64,000 nt of DNA from Tubiluchus corallicola (taxonomy: Eukaryota > Animalia > Priapulida): the NCBI GenBank assembly GCA_030141605.1, contig JAQGDQ010000376.1, positions 62,001 to 126,000 on the forward strand, in the 5' to 3' direction. A program made the position numbers and the translations under genes. Shown one piece after another: positions 24,801 through 37,790 of this stretch (position 1 is its first letter; the number at the start of each line of letters is the position of its first letter). Below the pieces are notes generated by a model. The model was given only the letters and a program-made list of their open reading frames with translations, did no database searches and had not been told where the DNA came from.

Positions 24801-27800
24801 TAGTTATACTGCTAATGTTAACTTGAATGTTAAATTAAATAATGAAATCATAAGCGATCTCATCCATTAATTACAAGCTTGTTTACTCCAGCTATTAATT
24901 TCGTGAATTGTTTGACTGGTTCGTTTAGTCCATATGCATTATTTTTCTAGTCACAAATAGAGTCCACAAATTTTATTTGTTACATCACTAGCATTACCAA
25001 ACCAGCTAATCCATCAGTCCACATAGACTAAGTCTTCTTTAACATAGAAAAGCAAGAAGCTTAACAGTTGCACCAAAACACGAACAGAATGGTAAATAAA
25101 ATTAATAACCATTAGCTAATCACCAAAGAAAAAAATGCGTATAGTCACATATATCAGGTGGCATAAAAATGGGCAGAAGTTTTGATCACAACATTATAAG
25201 AAAATAACAAAATCTCTTGAAAATTACCAAACTGGTGTTACAGACACTTATGTATAAACGGCAAAAATTTTAGGTTATTCACATAGATTTTTCAAAAGAC
25301 AAAGAATGAAACAAGAAGCCAAAAAATAAATGCTGGAAAAAATTTGTGACAGTATTGTTAAACTTTGCAGCCAGTGCTCTGTGTCCATGATTTTCAACGT
25401 AAACTAGACGAAGGCGTTTCTTGAAACAGTTGGCACAGTTTCTCACTTCTTTAAGGGCATTTGGCCTCAGCACTCAACAAATTTTGCTTTTAGTTTAATT
25501 TCTCAACATCAAACAGCTGTGTGCAGCCGTCATACACTTTCTCTTTACGAGAATCCTAGATACCGTAGTCCAGACGAATAAGTCTCGTGATTCTGGTGGC
25601 CATTTGTCTTGATGCATGAATTCTGCTGTGTCCTCTTCAAGGAAAGTTCATATTTACAGGCTTGTATGACATGTAGCACCAGGTTGCTGAAAATGAAATC
25701 TTCTCATGGATACAGTCGATGAGTGTTGAGTAACAGACCATCGCGAAGTGCTATAATGTAAGGTTCCGAATTCACTTTTGCTGTCATTGTGTCAAGAAAG
25801 TGTTAAATAGTCAGTATAAAACGAAATGCATTATAAATTTCTTTCTACATTTTTAAGAAATAACTAACACAAAACAACACCAATTGATGATCTTGGAATA
25901 TTTTCTTTATAGTCTGCTGGATTTTTTAGTATATCACAAATTAGTGCAGCTGTTGTCTTGGAAAAATGAAATCGAATTTCGTTGAAATGATCTGTTTTTT
26001 GTTCACTGCACCTCTTTTATAACCTGTCTTATCCCTCATCCTCTAACAGATTTGCTGATTATTATTTTTCTGAAGAGTATAATGTTGAATCGAGAGCTGA
26101 TGGTGTTACCTGATAACCAAAAAACTTACATAATGACTTTTTCTAATAAAAAGAAATTTCCTAATATAATTTGGTAACTTGCTAATATAATCATCTAATC
26201 GCTCACCTTTCTGTCGTTATAGCCTTTCAAAAGCAGCCCTGTACTCTGATACCATGACATCAGACAACATCACACTATTTGCTTATCTTTCTCACTTATT
26301 TTTGAAATTTCCAATAACTGCATAGTACAAATTATTTCTGGAAGTTTAATGTCATCACGTTTCAATTCAGCCACCTTTTCTTCAAACTTGCTAATAAAAT
26401 CATCCGTATGTTCACCTTCTTGTCGTTGTTAAAAAGTAGCCCATTTCTGCGATACCACACTTAAATCTTCCTTTTTAAAAGTTTTATCTAATACTTCACT
26501 ATCTGATAAACTACTTCATCTGCAAATAAATCAATGTTCCTACTTCAAAGCACTGTTGTTAGTTTTTTTGCTATTCCTTTTTCTGTCACACTTTTCAGTT
26601 TTTCAAAAGGACTGTAGCTTCTCTCATCTTTAGGCTTTCCTCTTCTATTGCGTGCCTGTTACAAATTTACATGGTAACACCAATCAGCAAAATGCAATAT
26701 CCTTGTCATTGCTGTCTCTTCATAGAGTCCTGCCATTACCTGTTCATTATCACTCACCAATATTTAAATGTTTGTTTTTCATCAAATTGCTCTCTGGCAC
26801 CAGTGTCAAATAATCAATATAGAAAGAAATACATTGTAATCTTTTGTCTATATTATTAAAAAATAACTGTTACAAAGTCACACCAAAACAATTTTTGCTC
26901 CTCAAAGCCAGGAGCAATATGGGCTGTCATCTCGTATCTTTTTTATAATCCTATTCACAGAAGTCTTCTTCCACTTTTTGCCAGGGGAAATATTCGCAAA
27001 TTGACATGCCTCCCCATTTTCTTCTTGATAATGATTTATCCTTACCACTATGATATAAACTGGTTGGCTGCTGATTTCTCATTTTTTGCTGCTATTTTAC
27101 TGAGTGCTTCATGTTTTATAACGAGGCTCTTTTTCAATTGTTGACTAGCTGACATTTTCCAGTTTTTACAATTTTAAATTTTTCAGTCGCAACTTAAAAA
27201 CTACTAAAACTATAACCATTTAGCTACCACAGCCAAAAACTATGTATTGTAATTTCAAGTTGTAAAATTTTAACTTTGTGGGCACTTCCTCCTAATATTA
27301 TTGTGCTCCAAACTTTGCACATTTTTTGCATCACCCGATATACAGAGACATCACACCCATAGTGTAATAAATGCATTTAATAGATGATATAATTTTACTA
27401 GAGTTGTTGTGTGTGCAACTTGAACCATTTCTTTGATTACTACTTGCAAGTTAGGCAAAGCCTAATGTACTGTAAAATTTAAGACCCACCAATAAGAGTA
27501 CGTATCCGAGCTATTTCTTCCTTTTTGCGCTTTTGCCGTGCACTTTTATTTTGTTTTTCTATCCAGCGTCTCTCTTCCCGATTTTCCCCCTTTTCCTTAT
27601 CATCCTCATCCAGGTACGAAAACTCTCTCCACGAGTCAAAATCATACCTTCAAAATTCCAATAAAAAGTTATATGCTATCAGATTTTGTAATGGGACAAA
27701 GGGAATGTGACCTTGGTTATGAAAAATTAAGTAGTTATATTCCTTCCTCTTGCTATATTCTCTTTGAGGGCAGGTATACACATACCAAAGTGATCTGCAG

Positions 27801-30800
27801 CAGTTCAGTCTCATTCTTAGAACATTATCTTTGACAGCGAGCTAGATTCTAACCCTGTCACAATTTGTCTACAAACATTTACATCAGTTGTAGCCTTGTC
27901 AATGTGGTATGAGGTATGTCAAGGAAAAATATTATTATAAAAAATAAAATTTTTGTTGTTTGAAAAATATATAAAAGAAAAGCAAGACGAAGGCTTAAGT
28001 GATCCAATAACAAAAAACAAAAACAAGCAATAAAGACATGTACATGTTTCAAAACTTAAAGAGATGGTTAGCTTTGTAAATTTTTTAGCAAATACTATCT
28101 TACAGGTGAGTTATTTTATTTTATCGTAAAAGGTAATACTAACATTAACTATTAGTGAAACAATAACAAACTTCTAGGCATTTTCGTTATTTAACACTTG
28201 TTAAGGTTTGTGTTTTAAGACCTTATGTTGAATTTAAGCTAAGTTGCTCATCAATATTATGACAAGCAAATATTTTTTACAACACAAATACTGAAGAATT
28301 TCATTAATTTCAAACTTGCTCAATTTTAAATTTTACAAGCTCCACTTAGTCTGCAATATCAGTATTACAACTACAAAAAAATAGAAAAAGTAAATAAGGT
28401 AATGTACAAGTTTCAAAAGTACAAAACAAAATTGAAGAAACACTTAGAGTAAAAATTTGCTTACCAGAATGCATAAAACTGATCAACTTCTTCAAATGTT
28501 GAGTTTTCGTCTCCTAAATCAGGTGCAGGTTGTATTGTAGACCACCTAAAAAAATTACAGAAATGAAGAAAACTGCGATCGCAAATCCCTGTACACATAG
28601 CGTTGACTAACTTTTTCACTAAGTTGTTGATTTTAACTGGGCTTCATTGACTTGCACAATCGACAATAATTTCTTGTGGTGTGTTAATAAAACAGAATCT
28701 TGTAAATAAATAAATAGTTGTTCGTTATTGAGTACTAATATTAAATATTAGTTTTATTACCTGTACATGTACACATGTGCGAGCGCACACAAGTGCACAC
28801 CCTCATAAATAAGCACGCACTTATATTTAGAAACCAGTTTTCACAAAAGACACAATAAAAATCCATAATATGCAATCATTTTATAAGAATGCAGAACAAT
28901 CAACTAAATATACATTTCAACAATGATCTACAAGTGATTTCGCGTGGGAACATACCATACAGTATAGTACTGTGGAATTCACCTGGCTTCAGATGCTGAT
29001 TGGCCCCAATCCCATGGCTGTTAAACATTTCTACAATGTTTTTGCATGACCGTAGCAGTAACAGACCTGGGTGACTGCACTTAGTGCTTGCACAGTGTGC
29101 CGCCTAACCGTAGTGTTATAATACCAACTTCGTAAAGAAAGTCGAAAAACTGAACAAATTTTTAGAACATACAAATGTGCGTTAATTGAGTTCAAAATAG
29201 GTTTATACCTACATGAATCAACATGACTAATTAGGCCGACACATTTACTTACATAATATAGATACATAGCATGGTTCTAGCTAATTCTGTTACTTCTAGC
29301 ACGGTTAGTCTAGCGAACATTTTGTTAAACAATTACTCTTTGACAGGTAAGGTGGAATCATGAGAAATCCTGGTTCGGCATCCAGCAAGATTATACTATC
29401 ATGTTTTTGATCGACATAATCCAAAAATAGCACATATTCACAGTTGGGACTGGTACTAGGCTTAAGGGTGGTATTTAATGCATTTTTCATGCTTTTGGGA
29501 TTTTTTCCCCGAGGATCACATTCCTAGCTTAATGTGCTCTTCTGTTATTTACATTTGTGTACTGGATGTAATTATAGTTGCACTGAACAAACAGACAGGG
29601 TTAGGATTGTGGAACATTTGGGTAAAACTCTTCGAACAGGCTAACTTATAACTGGCCCTCCCAACTTGCCAATTTGCTATCTGTGAGCACTGCCAACAGG
29701 TAACCCGGCTATGTAATGTTTCAAATTTTAAAGCTGTGACAGGTTGCAGAAGCGGTAGTGATCTGCTTATCATGTGATTAGAGACGAAAATTCAAATCTG
29801 ACTCCCAGATCCCTAAAATTCTTCCAAAAGAATTACAGTCAAACCTCATTATAATGCTCCCCTTTATAATGCCAAGCTTGTTTAATCCCCAAATTTTTAG
29901 CAAAGTAAAATATCTATATTTGCATAGACATGCCTGTATTAATCCACCTTGTTATAATGCTAAACTCTATAATACTAACTCTTTTGCAGTTCCAAAGTAG
30001 GCGATATAGAGGTTTGACTGTATACTGTTTTGATTATAAATAAGATTCAATAATTCAAATGTTTCCTTGTGCAATTCAAAGTTACATATTTTCTAGTGAA
30101 CTGTTTGTTCTTTGTTGAAGATTAATTTTGAAGCATTTTGTTTATTTTTATTTTGATAGACAGGATAATAAATAATAAGTAAAAAGGAGTAATTTAGTCA
30201 TCGTTAACTAAATTAAAAAACACGATGACATAAAACAAAAAAATTACACTACAGTAACATAATACCAAAAATTATTGTTAAAATATAGTTTACCTGGCAT
30301 TTTGTTTAAATACATCCCTAAACACAACAAAAAAGTCATCTCTTGAAGTTGCACATATACGAGGAATATTATCATCAAATTCTGGATCTATGCTGTCATA
30401 CGAACGTCGCTTAATTGGATGTCCAAGTATTTCGTAAGCTATGAATAAAAAGACTCAATGAATATGCAGGAGGAACACATAGCAACACAATAACATAACA
30501 ATAAACCAGGGAAAAACAATACACAAGAAAAACAAAGTGATGTTTGGTTTTGTCTGTGTAAAATCCTTCTGCAGTAGGCGCTGTTTAATAGACTCTAGGT
30601 TACTAGAATCAATCACTTAATTGACTAAAAATGCCTGGTACAGATCGCTCCTATTCAAATGTATGCAAAATTGACTCAATATTTTTACTTCACATTCTTA
30701 AATACGACATTTTGCGAGACCAATCAGCTTTTACTACTTTTATGTTATCTTGGTTCGCATTTGTGCTCTATAATATATGTAGAAACAATCATATTACGTA

Positions 30801-33800
30801 CAGCAGGTATGTAAGTAGGTATGTTTAGCATGTGCTAATGTGCTAGTGTAGTATTGGTTTGAATACGTTACTCACTCTTCCACTGTAATTAACCTCGTTA
30901 CCCAAAAATTTGTGGAATCTAAACATTTAATCAATTGCCTAGCGGTTTCCTTTTGGACCTCTCACTGAAAATCATGCTTTCATGTTTAATCAGTTGACAG
31001 TCAAGGATAGAAGTACAATAATCAGCCAATATTCCTTGTGACTTACAAGAGTAAACATCATAGAGCAAATAAGAGCAGATAAAACTAAGTTAGAGTTAAG
31101 AAGAATAGAGTTAAGAAGTTCGAAAAATGGAGCATAACCGTAAAGACCTAACAGTTAAGGAATAACTGAAAATTATAGAGCAGTACGATAAACTCCTAAA
31201 GATGAGGCAGAGGTGTGCAGCAGTGCAGTTAAAAGTATCCCAAAGTACCCATGGCAGAATTTTGAGAAAATGATCTGAAATTGAACAGTCACCAAGCCAA
31301 AACAAGAATCTAGCATCCAAGAGGTGACGCACAGGCGAAGACTGTGAAGTACAGTCAGCACTAAAACTGTGATTTACAAATGCAAGAGAAAAAGGTTTAT
31401 GAGTGAATGGTCCTTTAATGCAACAGAAAGCAGGAGATTTGGCAAAGAAAATGTGAAAGGAGGACTTTGTTGCAACAGAGGGATGGCTTCATCGATACAG
31501 AAAGTGTGAACATCGTGTAACAAATGTACCCATGGTGAGGAAAAGGATGCTGATGTTCCAGCTGCTGAAAACTGGATAGAAGAATGGCTGAAAATTATCG
31601 CATGATATTCACCCAGTGATATTTACAACATGGAGGAAACCGGACTTTATTTTAGACTAGAGCTTTGCCTGAGCAGACTTTACTTATTCAGGAACAAAAA
31701 TGCAAAGGGGTGTAAGATTTCAATAGAATGTGTGATAGCTCTATGCTGTGTAAGCATGTCAGCAAGGAAGGAAAAACTGCTGGATGATTGGTAGAAGCAA
31801 GAATCCACGATGTTTTAGAGATTATCATGCAAACATGAATGCTTGGATGGCAGCTGCAATGTTTAATGAATGGTTAGAGAAATGGAATGTGAGCTTAAAG
31901 CGAAACGTTATTTTACAGGTAGACAAATGCACAGCCCATGTAGTCAGCACTTCACCGAGACATATTAAAGTTGTGTTTTTACCAACATCACCTCACCACT
32001 CATTCAGTGTGTGATCAAGGCATTATTCGAACACTGAAGGCATACTATACAAAAGAAATACGGGCGATGGTTTTAGAAGCAATGGATTTGGACAATGCAG
32101 CTAATCACTTGGCTAAAAAAACCAGCCTCTCCAACACACTGCATTTATTGGCTATGTCAGGGAGCAATGTCAGTGAACACACAATTCAGAACTGTTTCAG
32201 TCACGCCCGATTCACTTGTGTGAATAAAACTGATAACGAATATCTGGTAAGAGCCGCAGCGAATTTCAAACCTGGGCGCATGCGCCATTGCAATTTAGAG
32301 CTGGAGGTCAAAGATTATTGGTAACTTTACTTATTTAATATAGTATCCACTCATTTGGTTAATAACATCAGTATCAGATAAGCTGATAGTTGAATTAAAT
32401 TGTAGGACTAATATTAATGTAAATTTAACACCATACTCTTACCTGAAAAATATAACTAAACAGCAGGCGTAGTCGGTTTCTGCTAATAATAATGAAAATA
32501 ATAATTAATATTAGTACCTCGCGTGATGCAAGTAAAGTAATCATCATCTTTGTTAGTAGCTGTATTTGCCCGTTTATCAGGATGGTGATAAAGCACTTTC
32601 CTTTTATCTGTCAGAAGAAAAAATGATTCATCTTTAAAGAAATAATTAGTGAGAATCAATCCAATAAAGAAGCAAACAAAAATACAACCCATAAAAGTAA
32701 TGAAGGAAATGAAGGAAGTAATAATGAATGATACAAATAAATATACTCCTAACAAACGACATTTTTATTATACCTCGAAAAATTGGAATTAGCAAAAAAG
32801 TAGAGAATGCATCATATAATTTTTTCTTACATGCTTTTTTAATATCTTCTTCAGTTGCTTTGTATCTTAAATGATGTAGTCCAAGCACCATGTAATGATC
32901 CTGGTCCTGCAAAACTATATCTATCATTATAAAAATTAACAAACAAAAAAGGTAGAATCCAAAAAGAACAAGACAATTTTTCAAATAATGCCTTGTTTGT
33001 CCTGTGGTATAAAATATACTCTAGTAATTGCCACACTTACATTTAAACATTAGCCTAAAAAATTATTTAAGATCTATAAACGCAGCTAGCAATGAAGTAA
33101 TCATTGCAAACATTTTTTAACAACTAGCTCTTTTCTGTTTGTCTCGCACACATTTGCAAAAGTGAAGCATCTTACAATAAGGTATCGATGTGTGAAGAGA
33201 TATGAATTAAGATACCTGCAATTGTTAGGTTTAAAATCTAAAATTTCAAATTGATATCTGGTTAAGGCCCGATTTTACAAGGCTGCCACGATGTCCTAGT
33301 TAGGTTGCATAGTTATTCATCTGTTACAGAACCTATTTATTAAGCAAACCATTTCCAACATACAGCTGATCTTCCACATCTACGTAGATACATGTATGGC
33401 GAGCACGTACAAAGTCAAATTACACTGTCAAAATAGAAACTCTTCAACGTAAGCCATTATTTAAAAAAATATGTGCTTTAAACTGAAAAAGATAATTTAA
33501 ACACTAAGTCATTTTGCACAATTGGGTAATGTTTTCTTTAAGAATGTACACAGGCTATACAAAATTAACATAAAAAGTTATAAGAATAACTGTAAAAAAC
33601 TGCAGATGCACTGCGATAACAGTAAACTAAAGATATAATCAAATACAATTAACATGATTCGGCTTATAACAACTCTCAGCAGTACTTATGATTATTTTAT
33701 TGAGTTCGTGCCAAGGTTACGATAAAGTCTTTGTAATCACATATGGGTACTACGAGACTTATTACTTATTGCGGGACAGGCAGTGGTTTTATAAATAATG

Positions 33801-36130
33801 GTGGTTTTATTATGCAATGGCCAATTGTAAGCGTGTGTATTTGGCAAAGTACAATACATAAACACTTTACCCTAATTAATGTAATATACACCACACATAT
33901 GTGTGCAAGTTGTTCACTTGCACCACTTTTATTGTGGAAATCTGTTCTGTAAAAACGTGTATTAATTGGTTGTCAATTTTAGCTACATAAAGTGAAATTT
34001 CATCATTCATCTTTCAAACCAAGGCAAGTAGACACTAACATCTCAGCTGCTTCCTGCTGGTTACAGAGTTGCAGCCCTTTAAATGTATCTAACAATTCTA
34101 AGTTCGCCATACATCTAACTCCTTCTGTTTCTGTTTTCCTGGCATAATTTAAAACATGCCTTGGAAACTTGCATAACTTGAAAAACTACCAAAAATACAT
34201 TTTATTTTGTCATTTTGCCTTAGTTTTATCGCATATTCTTGCAAAATAAGGCCTCATTAAATTAAATTGTACACTGTTTGTTAACCAAACTTTCTTAACA
34301 ATGGTTTCTATGATAACAATGTAATTCTGGACCGTGTCTAAATGGTTCTAAAATACAGCTGATTTTATTATCGCGGTGTCATTAAGCAGCGAGTACTGTT
34401 TTACGAAACCTTGTCTTGTATGACATTTTCCTAAAGTCCTGCCATAGCTTTAACATAAAGAAACACTTGTAATACGATTTCTGCTGGCCTGTCTAGACAC
34501 TCTTCACTTGTTGCCATGGTGGGACTAGCTTAGCTGACTAAGCCCGTTATGCATCATGAGGAAAGATTGCAAGACGTTTACAGAAGCAGCGTTCAGTCAG
34601 ATATTCAACATTCAGTGCAAAGTTTAAAAATGACTTCATTACAAATTGCTCTTGTAAAAATCCAAAACAGATTAAAATTTGTTCACACAATAAAATATAA
34701 GTGATAAAACTTATGGAAACTTATGCCGGTTAATTACAGCACATTTTAAGTTTGATTTTTTCCAGGTTAAAAATTTAATAATTTAAATTAATCACAGAAG
34801 TAAGTCTGGTTTCAAGTCCTAAAAAAGTGTTACAGACTTTGTCTAGGCTAACTAATTATTATACTGAATATAGTGCTTGTAAATCACTGTTGTTGTAATA
34901 CCAATAGCTGCCTGTGCACAGTCAAATTGTCGACTTCTGAAAACTTTATCGTTTAAATTACCTATAATTGTTACTGCCTGTCTTCCTATCTGTAATCAGC
35001 TAAAAATAAATGCATACTGTAAAAAATCTGTCTGCGACAAAACTGTCTGAAATAAATTGTTGTAGACAAAATTTTCTCGCACAATGTAGCTTTTGTATGA
35101 AGTAATCTGTGTCAGATAAAGTAACAAGTCATGTAGTAAACATTTACCAGATGATACATGGTAATATCACAGCTTTTTATTGGTCTGATCCGACTTTGTC
35201 TGATGCAAATTGCTGCACACAAGCTGGGTAAACAGGGTTAAATAAACTTAAATTATGTTCACTGATCAAAAGTAAACTGATATACAGCTAAATAAACCCT
35301 TGTACAGAGCGGCAACCATTATTATTACCTATTATGATACCAAAGCAGATTTCATTTGGTTATTAGTTTGCAGTGATAATACATTCGAAAGTACAACCTT
35401 CCAATCTTTTGGATTTAAACTTTGCAAATATCCAAGTTCTTCGTCTGTTGCAGCTCCCCCTTCTTCAGCTTCATCATCATCATCTTCTGCAAGGCTTTCG
35501 AAGGAACTGTCTAAAAGACTCTGGTGAGAAATTCGGGAGTGTACACGATGACGACGACGCAAACAATGAGCTTCAAACCAACGTCCAACGGGTTCGACAA
35601 CTTTAATTTGAGGTACTAAAATAGAATTCTTATAAGAGCATAAAAACCAATTTATAGCATCATATATGTAAAATAGCAAAAAAACGTAGAGAAATACAAA
35701 TCTGTAGGCCTAATGACAAAGCATACTTACATGCAACTGTGGAGCAGTAAGGTTTGGTAGCAGTTTAGAAATTTTAATTGTGGTTACAAAATTGTAAGAT
35801 AAAGGGAAAATAATTGAACTCTAAACAGAAATCTTGCGATTAAATGTGTTAAACCCTTTTGTTTTATTTCATTCTGTATTTGCATTAATATCTGTATCTC
35901 ACTATCTGTACTTAGCATGATTAGGCACCAACACATTCTACAGTAATTTTATTATCAGCCCTAGCTGCATTTTGCATTTTAATATAAAATAAAATATTAC
36001 AAAAAACACATTTTACGGTTCTCCCATCAAGCTTACTTGCTAAAAATAGTATTACACGCTGGAAAAACTTACTGGATAACTTGTTGCAAACAAAAAATTC
36101 GTTTGCGTCTTCTTTTTGTTCTAAAGTCAT
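18809..36130 (-). CDS. DNAJC2: DnaJ homolog subfamily C member 2 (MPP11/zuotin-related factor 1), complete, 14 coding exons, 1872 nt / 623 aa
   Basis: complement join(36073-36130,35398-35615,32831-32906,32518-32607,30294-30438,28465-28545,27490-27647,24498-24688,22863-23105,22225-22394,21219-21319,20671-20778,20057-20223,18809-18874). Contains VEPVGRWFE, a J-domain with HPD, the zuotin homology region ([12 protein letters not shown]), a charged coiled coil and two SANT domains. All introns GT-AG and in phase. Confidence 0.96.
19492..19543. repeat. Short tandem repeat, 11-bp unit agatctac(a/g)tc, about 5 copies
   Basis: agatctacatc agatctacgtc agatctacttctg agatctacgtc agatct. Confidence 0.8.
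20057..20223 (-). CDS. DNAJC2: DNAJC2 exon 13 (SANT2)
   Basis: ttgcag|(G)[55 protein letters not shown]|gtgcaa. Confidence 0.96.
20671..20778 (-). CDS. DNAJC2: DNAJC2 exon 12
   Basis: tttcag|(D)[35 protein letters not shown]|gtaaat. Confidence 0.92.
21219..21319 (-). CDS. DNAJC2: DNAJC2 exon 11 (SANT1 end)
   Basis: ttgtag|[33 protein letters not shown]|gtaagt. Confidence 0.93.
22225..22394 (-). CDS. DNAJC2: DNAJC2 exon 10 (SANT1 start)
   Basis: atttag|VQLMNEKLE...[24 protein letters not shown]|gtacat. Confidence 0.94.
22863..23105 (-). CDS. DNAJC2: DNAJC2 exon 9
   Basis: taacag|[27 protein letters not shown]...CAFKSA|gtaaaa. Confidence 0.92.
23279..23350. repeat. 36-bp tandem duplication
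   Basis: cctgccaatgacaattctcctaacaaagttaacgat followed by cctgccaatgacaattttcctaacaaaattaacaat. Confidence 0.85.
23670..23721. repeat. Perfect 23-bp inverted repeat with 6-nt spacer and nested palindromes
   Basis: aagattttgctatagcaagtgtg-atatag-cacacttgctatagcaaaatctt. Confidence 0.92.
24498..24688 (-). CDS. DNAJC2: DNAJC2 exon 8
   Basis: atttag|(D)[17 protein letters not shown]...EEEEEAKAQ|gttagt. Confidence 0.94.
25155..25802 (-). mobile_element. Tc1/mariner-superfamily (DDxD, maT/rosa-like) transposase 3' remnant with one terminus
   Basis: Minus frames read [24 protein letters not shown]...[15 protein letters not shown]...[16 protein letters not shown]...KEKVY...[16 protein letters not shown], a decayed FQQDGA..H / WPPNSPDLNPLDY pattern. 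TIR-like caggtggcataaaaat near 25155. Stops and frameshifts present. Confidence 0.8.
26170..26500 (-). mobile_element. Ty1/copia-like gag remnant
   Basis: [73 protein letters not shown] resembles invertebrate copia gag (LD..F.KD....W..F..R.....YI.EFE.......LP....LL....S..E.Q.V). Recalled pattern, not searched. Confidence 0.55.
27490..27647 (-). CDS. DNAJC2: DNAJC2 exon 7
   Basis: ttgaag|[52 protein letters not shown]|gtgggt. Confidence 0.95.
28465..28545 (-). CDS. DNAJC2: DNAJC2 exon 6
   Basis: ttttag|[26 protein letters not shown](W)|gtaagc. Confidence 0.95.
29836..30020. mobile_element. Tigger/pogo-type MITE (185 bp)
   Basis: Perfect 12-bp TIR cagtcaaacctc / gaggtttgactg with flanking TA on both sides. 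Confidence 0.85.
30294..30438 (-). CDS. DNAJC2: DNAJC2 exon 5
   Basis: tcatag|(A)[47 protein letters not shown]|gtaaac. Confidence 0.95.
31190..32230 (+). pseudogene. pogo/Tigger (TIGD/CENP-B-like) transposase pseudogene in DNAJC2 intron 4
   Basis: Fragments [14 protein letters not shown] (HTH), [42 protein letters not shown]...ANMNAWM...LQVDKCTAH...KVVFLP and [13 protein letters not shown]; many stops and frameshifts. Confidence 0.88.
32518..32607 (-). CDS. DNAJC2: DNAJC2 exon 4 (HPD motif)
   Basis: tgacag|(Y)[29 protein letters not shown]|gtacta. Confidence 0.95.
32831..32906 (-). CDS. DNAJC2: DNAJC2 exon 3 (J-domain start)
   Basis: ttgcag|[25 protein letters not shown]|gtaaga. Confidence 0.95.
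35398..35615 (-). CDS. DNAJC2: DNAJC2 exon 2
   Basis: ttttag|[17 protein letters not shown]...[11 protein letters not shown]|gttgta. Confidence 0.93.
36073..36130 (-). CDS. DNAJC2: DNAJC2 coding exon 1
   Basis: ATG...[19 protein letters not shown] then A|gtaagt, phase 1, joining exon 2 in frame. Confidence 0.75.
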
Positions 36131-36711
36131 AATTAAACACGCTTGAATCTTACTCTTTGTAGTATTCACAATAAATTAAGATAATTTTAAGACTAAGAAA
36201 GATAAAAAAGTTCAAAAGATTAAAATGCCAAACATCTTTAAAACCGTCCACAAAACGCGTGCTACTCTTTTTGAGTTTGAGCTTAACAATAGAAGAACTC
36301 TTTTTTCGAAATTTGATTCGTTATGGTACACCGTATAGAAAGCCAGAAGTAGATGCAGAACTCTGTCTCTTTTTTGAGAAACTGCGCGGACAATAAGCTT
36401 TCAGCGACAACCGACATTACCAGAAGTGGTGCTGATAAGCCGAACTCCAAAATACAAAAAACGAAGTTGTTAACCGAAACTCAAATGCTTCTGAAAAACA
36501 AAAATGAGTGATCAGAAGAGAATTAGTGTGAACAGAAGAAGGAACTTATGCAAAAAGGAATCATGACTGAACTGATTTATGAAGTAAAGCAAAAAAGATA
36601 TTATTTTAATAAAATAATTAACATAATATTATCTCATGTAAAAAAAGGTGGCATTAATGCAAAATGAGTTGACTTTCCAAACTCAGGAGAAGAATCAAAA
36701 CAAAACAATAA

Positions 36712-37790
36712 ATTCCAATTCAATTCGATTTCATTTTATTGCACAAATACAATAGTGCATCATGGTAAAAATTACAATTACAAAAAAAAAATCAAAGTAC
36801 AAGAACAAATACAAAATATAACAAATACAATTATGCAATGCTGCAAAAATATGAGTTTTACAACTTATTTAATTTCAATTAAATTCAGTTCAATTTATAT
36901 TTCATAAATACAACAGTGTATCATGGAAATTATGTGCTCTTATGAAATTTTACTCTATGCTACAACGACAAAGAACTAGTAAAAAGACAAAAACCTAAAT
37001 AATTAAAATAATAACTGCCACCAAGATATAACTGCCTTTTTTATCACATTCACTTAACTAGTTTCCAAAGTGAATAAGGTCTTCTGGGTTTGTATTTAAA
37101 AAAAACCACATTACTGAGTATACATTACCTTTTTTGCAAAGATAGATTATAATATTTTGTGCTCATATTTTTGTCTACTATCTTCATACAAAGGAAAAGT
37201 GAGAAGGTAATGTAATTCGTTTTCTACTAGCTTTGAGCAATTTTCATGACATTATTGACAAAGCCTTTCATCTTCTTTTTTTATTTTTATATCTACCGCA
37301 TTCTATTTCCAGGTCATGATGGCTGATACATAATTTCGTAAACTTTTGTCTCTGTTTCTTATTAGAAATAATTTTTAAATAATCTTCTAATTAATAATTG
37401 ATTTTTCATGTCTATAAAGTCTTTGTTTTTGCCACCATTTTGTCTTGTATCATTATGTAGCTCTATAAAAATAGTTTTCTGCACTCTGATTTGAGTTTAT
37501 TACCGAATTCTTTTAATTTGTGATTCAGACTCATTTTATCAATTTCACCTACATCATATGTTTGAAATCCTGGAAAATTTGCCAATTTTGTATAAAACTG
37601 CTTCACTTCTTCATGAGACTGGTAATTATGAGTAATTATACACATTTTTAAATAATGTATTCATTGGCTTTATATGTGTCATTAATAGATATTTGTGAAA
37701 AATTGTTGATGCTTTAACTAGCAGCGGGTGTATGTCTGATTTAGCTTTACACGCTATATTGGAAGCACTCCCCGGGAACCTAAAACCTAT
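36712..37790 (-). mobile_element. 3' remnant of an RTEX-like LINE
   Basis: Minus frames read GSASNIACKAKSDIHPLLV and LEDYLKIISNKKQRQKFTKLCISHHDLEIECGRYKNK/EDERLCQ*C...VENELHYLLTFPLYEDSR (C-terminal zinc-finger motif of RTEX-type RT ORFs). Followed by AATAAA and a (TTGAA)-like tail at about 36712-36742. Confidence 0.75.
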
